Shown here piece by piece: positions 53,361 through 64,000 of a stretch of 64,000 nucleotides of DNA (position 1 is its first letter; every line of letters starts with the position of its first letter). Position numbers and translations under genes: made by a program. The notes below the pieces were generated by a model. The model ran no database searches and was not told where the DNA came from. It saw nothing but the letters and a program-made list of their open reading frames with translations. The DNA lies in contig OX597821.1 in assembly GCA_951406725.2 (NCBI GenBank), forward strand, positions 108,562,001-108,626,000. The letters are read 5' to 3'. This stretch comes from Octopus vulgaris. Lineage: Eukaryota.

Positions 53361-54379
53361 CGTATGTGTTTGTGTATGCATGAGTGTGTGCGTACATCTG
53401 TGTGAGTGTGTGTGTGTGTGATTGCGTGTGTCTGTGACTATGCACGCGCACGCGTGTATATCGCATGGGTTCTTGAGTCTGTTTGTGCGCCGAAAGCAGT
53501 CCATATCTTGAGCGAGTCAAGTGTACAAGTCAAGTAAATCTATTGAAAATAAATACAGAAGGAACTTAACATGCCTTTGTGTAATTTTGAAACTACCAGT
53601 AACATGAACTGACAATGTTCGTTTCTTAAATACACCATATGTACGTGTATGTATGTATGTATGTAGGTAGGTAAGTATGTATGTATGTATGTATGTTTGT
53701 TTAACAGATGTTTATAGATGGCATGAAAACGAGAAAGTCTGTTACATCGAAAGATACACATATTTTGAATATTTTTATTCTACTCACTATGGAAGAAGCC
53801 TTGTATATTTTAAGATGCTTTCTGATTCTCAGCCATAGGAATCACGGAATAAATTTTAACAATTCTTAGAAAGCTCAAGTGACTACCCCATTAAATCTTT
53901 TCTCTGTCGGATTGTCAACAAATAATGCTTCCTCGGGGTTGTATTTTTCTTTTTTGTGCAGGGCATGGTCATGACATAGATAATGTTTCTCAGACGAAAA
54001 AGGACATAGAAAAGTAGAAGTAAATAATCCTGTAGGCACAAGGCCTGAAATTTTGAGGGAGGTGAAAAGTCGATTACATCGACTCCAGTATTTCATTGGT
54101 ACTTAATTTATCGACTCCGAAAGAACGAAAGGCAAAGTTGAGAGCGGTGGGATTTGAACTCAGAACGTAGCGACGCATTATGTCTAACACGCTAACGACT
54201 CTGCCAGCTTACCGCCTTAGAAAAGTAGAAATAAATAATGGAAGAAAGGAAAAAGAAACTTCCACTCATATCCTATTGTTGCTATTTAGCCCCAGGTCAG
54301 TGCCGTTTCTAAGCATGATCATTCGCTCCTTTTTCATGGTATTATTTATATAAGACTAAATAATCCAATGAGAATTTCT

Positions 54380-54785
54380 CTCTTTTACTCTTTTTCTCTT
54401 TTACTTGTTTCAGTCATTTGACTGCGGCCATGCTGGAGCACCGCCTTTAGTCGAGCAACTCGACCCCGGGACTTATTCTTTTGTAAGCCCAGTACTTATT
54501 CTATCCGTCTCTTTTGCCGAACCGCTAAGTAACGGGGACATAAACACACCAGCATCGGTTGTCAAGCAATGCTAGGGGGACAAACACAGACACACAAACA
54601 CACACACGCATATATATACATATATACGACGGGCTTCTTTCAGTTTTCGTCTACCAAATCCACTCACAAGGCTTTGGTCGGCCCGAGGCTATAGTAGAAG
54701 GCACTTGCCCAAGATGCCACGCAGTGGGACTGAACCCGGAACCATGTGGTTGGTAAACAAGCTACTTACCACACAGTCACTCCTG
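54380..54785 (-). mobile_element. CORE-type tRNA SINE, full length
   Basis: Family motifs, close to the other full-length copies. Confidence 0.92.
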
Positions 54786-55259
54786 TTTAATTGATGTTTA
54801 ATTTATTGAAATATAGTCGTATCCGTCGTTACGCTGCCGGGTAACGACCTAGCCAAAACGAAATAGATCCTTCTTCAACAGAATCCTACAACTATGATCA
54901 CATTGGTATGTTCAACTAAAACCTGTTAGATTTTCTTGAAGTGTGTGTGTGTGAAGGCGTGTGAGCTAGTTGTTAGGGTATTGCATTCAGGTTTGCGAGA
55001 TCGTGGGTTCGATTCTCGGATCTGGAGATGCGTTTTGTTCTTGTGCAAAACACTTTATTTCAAGTTGCTCTGCAAATCTTTTCCACATCTGATGAGTGGT
55101 ATACTTGTGCAGCTGTACAAGCAATGTTGATTTTATGGTGGGAGTGACCTAATGCACAACACAAACATTTGACCACTGCAAATATATCATTTGTGCAGGT
55201 CGTTCACCCAAACGCGGAACACTCATATGCCGCTTTCGACAGGAGATTCCATAATATGC

Positions 55260-55333
<74 letters not shown>

Positions 55334-55399
55334 ACTTATATATATGTGTGTGTGTATGTGTATATATATATAAACACACACACACACATGTTTATATAC

Positions 55400-55576
<177 letters not shown>

Positions 55577-56014
55577 AGTCTGACTGCTTGGTGAGTTTTG
55601 TTGCACCAACAGCATTTTTATAATTCTTAGGTTTGGGCCCACCCCAAATTCACAGTCACACATGTATATATATATATATATATATATAGTCACCATCAAA
55701 TACACTTTTACGCAGAGACACGTGCATACATGCAAACAAACACCTGCACACATACCCACAGATTTCTACCGAAATATACCAACTTTTTCCACCCAACCAA
55801 CCAACCACCCAGCCACACATACACGCACGCACACACACACACATACATATATACACACACACACACCCTTACACAGATGCATTCATTGTTGTCTTGTATA
55901 TTCTTGTCATTAAGTGCAGTTGAGCAGAATACACCATTATTTCACACATAGTTTAAATATATACCTCTATATACAGATATGTGTATACACACACACACAC
56001 ACACACACATACAT

Positions 56015-56052
<38 letters not shown>

Positions 56053-56854
56053 ACACACATATAATGCATTTATTATACAAGCTGAATGACCTAAATCTTA
56101 TCTTTGCAATTGTTTATTGTTTAAGTAGAAGCTGTTTATTTTATTATTTTTAGATGCGAGGAATAGCAGTGAAGAGCGGCCAATCGACTTGTTGCTGCTG
56201 CTGCTGCTGCTGCTGCTATCGCTGTTGTTGTTGTAGTTGTACTTGTGCTTGTTGTTGTAGGGATCGAGTTTAAGCGGGCCTACGTTCAAATACGTCCAGC
56301 TATAACAATCCATCCTCATAAATGACGAAGCCGATGGAACTCTTCTCTTTTATTCACTCATGACAAAGTGTTACTTGAGGAAGATTCAACTGCTATTTCT
56401 AACAGGCCAGACAACCGCAAAGAAGCCCCCTAGTTGATAGTTGTGGATACTTTCTTCTTCTTCAAATTAGACCCATATTAACTTTGATCGAACAGACCAA
56501 AATTTTCCCGTATTTGTCTCAGGTACAGTATATCTAGGAATCCATTTTCAAATGTGTCCTGTCTTTCTAACAGCTTTGTGTGATCTGAGAATTTTCTGGC
56601 TGATATTTCTAAATATATCCCTATAAAATACTGATGGGTTTCCCGGAAAATAAAGACTTTGGTTACTCGGTGAAAAACGAATTTTTGTTAGCATTTAACA
56701 CCTCGACTCGAACACGAATCACCGGAATGTCTTCTAGGTGTATATGCAAAACCCAGTTGAACATCCCGTGAGTCAGTTCAATATTTCTTTTCTACGAGCA
56801 TTTTAGGAGATGGCACACCACGATTGCTTAAGGACCTAATTATGGGGCTTCTAG

Positions 56855-57442
56855 AAGGCGGCGAGCTGGCAGAGTCGTTAGCACGCTGGACGGAATGCTT
56901 AGCGGTATTTCGTCTGCCACTACGTTCTGAGTTCAAATTCCGCCGAGGTCGACTTTGCCTTTCATCCTTTCGGGGTCGATTAAATAAGTACCAGTTACAC
57001 ACTAGAGTCGATATAATCGACTTAATCCGTTTGTCTGTCCTTGTTTGTCCCCTCTATGTTTAGCTCCTTGTGGGTAATAAAGAAATGGGTGTTTCGTCTG
57101 CTTCTACGTTGTAAGTTCAAATTCCGCCAAGGTCACTTTGCTTTTCTAGGTCGATAAATTAAGTACCAGTTGCGTATTGAGGTCGATCTAATTGACTGGC
57201 CTCCTTCCCCAAAATGTCGGGCCTTGTGCCTAGATTAGAAAAGAATCGTTACACGCCGGGCGAAATGTCTAGTGATATTTCGTCTGCCTCTACGTTCTGA
57301 GGTCAAATTTCGCCGTGGTCGACTTTGCCTTTCACCCTTTCGGGGTCGATAAATTAAGTACCAGTTATGCACTGGGGTCGATGTAATCGACTATCCCACC
57401 CCCTGCAAATTTCAGGCCTTGGGCCTATAGTAGAAAGGATTA
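56855..57442 (+). mobile_element. Meta-domain SINE chain, 3 units (B, A, A); further copies at ~30118-30340, 54030-54220, 58415-58605, 59740-60125 and 63835-64000
   Basis: Head AAGGCGGCGAGCTGGCAGAG, three B-box/Meta blocks. Confidence 0.88.
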
Positions 57443-58888
57443 TGGTGCACTAGAACAGCATATTCCTTTTATATTTTATAATGAACTTTTGTTTTGTTTC
57501 ATCATGTAATGAAGTAAAAAAAAAAAAGAGTTAGCAAAAAAGTATATAATTCCTTCCTGTGTCATATAGAATAATAGAGCAGGATTCCTAGTTTCCGTAT
57601 CACATCTATTCACCTTGGACGAAGCACCGGTCCCCCGCAGGATAACATTTGCCAGCTGAGTGATCTCGAGTAACGTGGAATAAAACGATTTTCTGAAGAA
57701 TACAACGCGTCGTCTGGTCTAGGAATCGAAACCACAATTTTAGACCATGAATTCAACATCCTAACCATTTATTCAAGAGTCTTTACAAAGTATATATTTA
57801 GCAAAATACAATTTATTAAACGACCCACCAATGAGTCGTGGGTAAATGGAAAAAAAACACGCTATTTATGATTCTTGTCCCACATATGATACAGTGAAAA
57901 AATATTCTGGTACTCATATTAGAATCAAAATATATTGGGACACTGGGACAAAACGAGAGACGGGCTCTAAAACCTATGTGTTAAGGACTAAAGATCTCTC
58001 CTTCTTCACTTATCGGATTCGCGAGGCGAAATTTTTTGGCACCTGTGATCCTCGTAAGTTTTCCTTGTTCGGTGAGATCGACGTAGTTAAAATTACCCTC
58101 AAACGCATCTGTTGTAAAATTCATGTGAGAAGATGTATGTTTAATTTACTGGAAGTTGATTTAATTCCTGTTTAATACAAAACGAGAATATTGTCTTTAA
58201 TCCTAGGACTTATAGGATAAGTCGGTTACCTGTAGTAGATCACAATATCTCCTCTTAATGGCACCCCAGTCGGTCGCAGGGTAACTCATATACAGCTAAG
58301 TTGATTAGACCAACGAAATGAAATGTTTTGCTGACTGACATAAAGCACCGCCTGATCCGGGAATCGAACCCCCAGAGGAGCTTACGCTCATGAATGCAAC
58401 TCACTAACCACCAGAGGCGAGGGAGGGTTAGTCGATTGCATCGACCCCCGTGCTCAACTGATACTTATTTATCGATCCCGAAAGGATGAAGGGCAAAGCG
58501 GACGAAATACCATTATCGACTCCGAAACGATGAAAGAGAAAGTCGGACGAAATACCGCTAAGAATTTTGTCCGGAGTGCAAACGATTCTGCCAACTTGTT
58601 GCCTTACATCTTCTCAGGTATTAAAAGCTGAAACACGCAGACTAAATGCACTTCCGGTTTTGGTCATTTCCGTTCTGTCTAAAGGCAAATTCCAAACAAG
58701 AACTTTGAGGAGATGTGAAGCAATTACGAGAAAGCGACAGAGAAGCTTTGTCAATTAAATACAACCAAATATTTAATATACTTGATATAAAGTTGCACTT
58801 TACGTTCTCCGCCATCGCCATAATCATTGAGGAACATTTGTGAAACAATATAAAACCTTTTAGTTTATTAGTCTTTGTTCACTTATAG

Positions 58889-58920
<32 letters not shown>

Positions 58921-59020
58921 ACTTTCTCTCTCTCTCTCTTACTGTGTATATCTTTTTCACTCCTCCGTTAAGTATATGTGTGCTTGTGTATGTGCTAATG
59001 AGTTTGTGTGTGTATGTATG

Positions 59021-59160
<140 letters not shown>

Positions 59161-59238
59161 CATATATATATACATATATAAATACATATATATATGCACA
59201 TATACAAATATATAAATGTATATATACATATATACATA

Positions 59239-59281
<43 letters not shown>

Positions 59282-59303
59282 CTATATATACATATATACA
59301 TAT

Positions 59304-59359
<56 letters not shown>

Positions 59360-60731
59360 TATACATACATACATACATACATATATACATATATATATAT
59401 ACATATATATATAATATATATATATATAAATGTGTAGCCTTCTGCACCTTCCTCTTCGTCTCTCTATCTCTCTCTGTCTCTCTCCTGGCTGTCTTCCCCT
59501 CTCTCGTTTTCTCCGTCAGTGAAACCCACTCGACGAAGATATCTTTCAAGTGGCCGACTCATTGTTTGCATTTGTTTACACTGAAGTGTTTGCAGTTGTA
59601 GCAATGCGAAAATTTTGAATGAATAAAGATCTGGATGTCGCTAATAATAGTGATGACGATGATGATGATGACCATGATGATGACCATGATGATGACCATG
59701 ATGGAGGCGGTGATTGTGGTGGTGGTGATAGTGGTGATGTGTCGATTATCTTGACACAAGTGTTCAGCTGGTACTTAATTCATCGACCCCGAAGATATGA
59801 AAGGCAAAGTCGACGTCGGTGGAATGGAAACTCAGATCTTAATGACGGACGAAACGCCGTTAAGCATTTTATCCGGGGCACTAACGATTTTGACAGCTTG
59901 CTGTCTTAATAATAATTGAAATAATCTCTTCTATCTATGAACAAGGCTTGATATTGGAGGAGGGTGTAAGTCGATTACATGGACCCCAGTGCGTAACTGG
60001 TACTTAATTTATCGACCCCGAAAGGATGATTGTCAAAGTCGACCTCGGCGGAATTTGAACTCAGAACGTTACGGCAGACAAAACACCACTAAGCGTGCTA
60101 ACGATTCTGCCAGCTTGCCGCCTTCACAGCCTTAATAGTAATGATATTGATAATGATGACGACGACACGATACAGTTCTAACATACGCTGAAGCTCCCAT
60201 TTATTATTCGGCAGACTAAAGAGAGTTACATCTTATTATTTCGGTCTGTATATTAGTTTATCGAGATTCGACGGGTTAAAGGCTGAAGTAAATTTCGGTA
60301 GAACTTTGGTACGGAGTATGTAAATACATACGTTTTCTACACGGCTTGGTGGTTAAGAAAACCGCTTTGCAGCCAAATGTTTTTCGGGTCCAGTCCCACA
60401 GAGTGGAACCTTGAACAATTGTCGCTTCCTACAACTTAGGAACGACCAATGCCTTGTTAGTGAATGTGATTGAAAGAAACGGCAGAGAAGTTCATTGTCT
60501 CTAAGAAGCACATACATTCAAGGCCGAAAAATACAAAAGTTTTGGTCAAAAGTCTGACGGAAATCAACTTCTGGGTAAAGGTCCTCGCCATACAGGTTGC
60601 AGCCAGAAATATCATGTGCAAATCTGCTTACGATCTAAGGAAACCCTGCTGGAGCCCCGGGCCGACCAAAGCCTTTTCAGTGGACTTGGTAGAGGGAAAC
60701 TGTGTATATATAGGTAAAATGTTTATATATG

Positions 60732-60815
<84 letters not shown>

Positions 60816-61350
60816 TGTGTATAGGAGCACTCCGTCGGTTACGACGACGAGAGTCCCAGCTGATACGATCAACGGAACAGCTTCCTCGTGAAATTAACGT
60901 GCAAGTAGCTGAGCGCTCCACAGACTCATGTTACTTTAACATAGTTATCGGAGAGATTCAGCGTGACACAGAATGTGACAAAGCTGACCCCTTTGAAATA
61001 CAGGTACTACTCATTTTTGCTAGCTGCGTGGACTGGAGCAACGAGAAATAAAGTGTCCTGCTCAAGGACACAACGCATCATCCGGAATTGAACTAAATCT
61101 CTTCCGATCGTGAGCGGAATGCCCGAACCACAAAGCCACGCGCCTTCAATATATGCGTATATATATATATTTACACATATATACTTATATTTATATATAT
61201 ATATATATATATACATAGGCACATATATATATATGCTCACACATATATGCATATATATATACATATATATGTATATATATATGTATATATATGTGTATAT
61301 ATATATGTATATATATATATGTATATATATATATGCACATATATATATAT

Positions 61351-61399
<49 letters not shown>

Positions 61400-61545
61400 C
61401 ATATAATGTATGTATTTACACTTGTCTCTCTGAGTTTACATATGTGTGTATAAGTGTGAAAATATATGTGTGTTTATATCTTTGTGCTGTATAATTGTGT
61501 GTAATTACACACACACTTATATTCACACTTATACACACATACTCA

Positions 61546-61930
61546 TCTCTCTCTATATAAACGGCAGTTTGTCTGCGTGTGTTTCTGTGTGTCTGTTTGC
61601 TTGTACCCTCACCCTGACCACGGCTTTCAACCGATTCTGATGAAACTTGACACACACATAGCCCAATGTCATAATACAAAACTAACGCAGCGAAAATTTT
61701 GAAAAGTTCCCCCAGTTCTGAAAAAGATCGATAAATTCGACATGGGGTCGACAATCAGAAACACAAACCACAGATGGTCTAGGGGACGCAACTCGACCTT
61801 TTTAACTATCAAAAAAAATTTACCATAATTTTTTTTCCCATTTTTTTGCTATTTTTTTGCTATAACTCTCTAAAAATGCTTTATAGTTATTTCCCTTACA
61901 AACCCGAGCAACGCCGGGCGATACTGCTAG
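61546..61930 (+). mobile_element. Non-autonomous Helitron, ~385 bp
   Basis: A|TC 5' end (TCTCTCTCTATATAAA), internal CAACCGATTCTGATGAAACTTG motif, subterminal hairpin CCCGAGC-AAC-GCCGGG (61903-61918), then CTAG|T; no TSD. Confidence 0.88.
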
Positions 61931-62592
61931 TATGTATATATAAATATATATATATATATAGATTTTTATATGTATATACATATGAGTATGTGTGTATGTA
62001 TGTTTGTGCGTGCGCGTATTACATCTGCCAGAAGACAACACGCTCATGTGTATATTCCCATCTTCGTTTCTGATATGTATTTATATACACTCGCTTACGC
62101 ATGTTTGTATAGTGTGTGCATGTATGTGTGTGTGTGTGTATACGAGTATGTGTATGTGTGTTAGAGCTATATGAGTTTAATTGACTCGTATATATATATA
62201 TATATGACAAGACAGCTTATTGTTTCACACACATGGCGTTTTCAATTGAAGTGTTGCTTTTGAAAAATCGACGCAGCTGCTGTAGCTGTATGGCTTCTCG
62301 ATCTGTGACATTTGAAAATCACTTGCAAGACTGCAGCCGTCATCATGACCACCACCAACAACACCACCACCGCAGCCACGGCCACGGCTGGCACCACCAG
62401 CATCAACTCTATGAGTCCCGCTAGCACCAGCATCATCATCATCGTCATACTCTGCATCACCATCATCACCATTGCCACTAATATTACTTTCATTTCTTAT
62501 CATCACTTGTTTGGATGCAACATAATCGACCTACGTAAGAACTCTTACGAACTCCCCCTACCGACATGGCTTCAACCACCCCCTCCAGCTCC

Positions 62593-62631
<39 letters not shown>

Positions 62632-63319
62632 TTCATTCTATTATACTGTTATTATTATATTTGTGTCAGTAAGTTGACTGCCACCATGCTAGAGCACCGC
62701 CTTTAGTCGAGCAAACCGACCTCAGGACTTATCCTTTGTAAGCCTAGTACTTATTCTATCGGGGTTTCTGCCGAACCGCTGAGTTTCGGGCAAGTAAACT
62801 CTCCAACATCGGTTGTCTAGCGATGGTGGAGCGACAAGCAAGACTTTTTCATTTTTCATTTTCCCGAGCGTCAAATTATTACGCCTGTTTTTTGTCTATA
62901 CACCTGTCTTCGTCTTTTGTTTTCTACAAATTTCAACTATATATGTGTACATATATATATATAATTTTCCTATATTCACCGTACGCAAACATCTCTGCCT
63001 GTGAAGATTCAGTAAATCTCTATATAGCACGATTACTTATCGGCTGCTATTTCTAGCAATGATCGTGCTTCATGTACATTTGCCTTGTATTTATAATTCT
63101 ACCTTTTATGGTGCTTTATTCTCGTTGGTTAGTAATATTCCTTTTTTAATAATATTTATATCTCTTACATATATACTTATGTATGTATCCATGTATGTAT
63201 GTATGTATGTATGTATGTATGTATGTATGTATGTATGTATGTATGTATGTATGTATGTAGGTATGTATGTGTGTATGTAGGCTAGAACTTATATTAATAT
63301 ATATATATATATAATCAAT

Positions 63320-63830
63320 TTAATATTATACTGAAAAATTAGTATTTTTCTAATAGAGTATATGCATATCAAAGTTTAAGAAAGAAAAGTTTGACACTGA
63401 CCTCAAAGTTTCTGTTTAGTCGACTTCGTCAGACTGTGCTCACCTTGTGTTCATCGTAACTTTGTAATGGATTTTGCAAGTTGGTTTTTTGGGCAATTGG
63501 TGGAGCTATATGAAATTATAATTAGGTTTGGTGTAGGTAGACCTGGGAGGTTATTGAATAGGAAATGGGGAATAGAGTACGATATGAGGAAGCAATCTAA
63601 TTTTAGAGTTTGCGTCGATAGAATGTTATGGTGAGATTTTGTTAGGGTCGATGTAGATATTCTGTTCTTGTTTATTAGTGTGCAGTGATCAAATTCGGGT
63701 CGAGCATTCTTTATATATTAAGTAAATTTTTGTTGTGCTTTAGTTTCCACGAAGGAATATTTGTAGATAAATTTATGAAGAATAACTTTCGAAATATATA
63801 GCATTTTAAAATGTTGTACCACAGAAATAT
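63320..63830 (-). mobile_element. Possible decayed Penelope-like 3' end
   Basis: Minus strand: weak endonuclease-C-terminus-like ..WKLK..LLNI*RMLDPNL, then a degenerate CTGACGA-AGTCGACTAAACA-GAAAC at ~63408-63432, next to (TA)n. Confidence 0.35.
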
Positions 63831-64000
63831 ATAGCCTGCACGCCGGGCAAAATACTTAGTGGTATTTCGTCTGTCTTTATGTTGTATGTTCAAATTCCAT
63901 TGGGATCAACTTTGTCTTTCATCCCTTGGTATTCCATAATATAAGTACCATAAAATAAGTGGGGTTGATGCAATTGACTAGCCCCTCTCCCACCAAATCC

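Noticed and set aside
57846-58175. 109-aa ATG ORF
   Set aside because: No recognisable motif or convincing splice context; likely chance or an unclassified repeat.
59560-59596. Three TGTTT(A/G)C forkhead-like sites
   Set aside because: Short motifs are common in AT-rich DNA; no independent support.

Overview
AT-rich, microsatellite-dense animal genomic DNA, almost certainly intronic or intergenic. It is most likely cephalopod (octopus-like): this is inferred from a mollusc-type 5S rRNA fragment and tRNA-SINE families resembling the octopus OR/OK and Meta-domain SINEs. No intact protein-coding gene is supported. Nearly all ORFs in the track are read-throughs of (TA)n, (CA)n, (TATC)n, (AAT)n, (GGT)n or of SINEs. 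The window is a mosaic of at least four tRNA-derived SINE families, decayed mariner transposons and MITEs, CR1-, RTE- and R4/Dong-clade LINE fragments, a non-autonomous Helitron and Penelope-like termini. Most notable: (1) Meta-domain SINE chains with an exact 184-bp period and the same junction at independent loci; (2) several minimal hammerhead ribozyme folds, one with a reciprocal G3:C8 core and one with a ~77-nt stem II; (3) a perfect 92-bp-arm palindrome centred on a hammerhead-like half; (4) four Dong/R4 LINE pieces stacked in one (AAT)n tract; (5) a 5S rRNA 5' half abutting a SINE head; (6) a mariner derivative sharing ~40 bp of flank beyond its TIR between distant copies; (7) local templated insertions; (8) weak candidate exons and enhancers. 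All calls are by eye; no database searches or folding runs were done.
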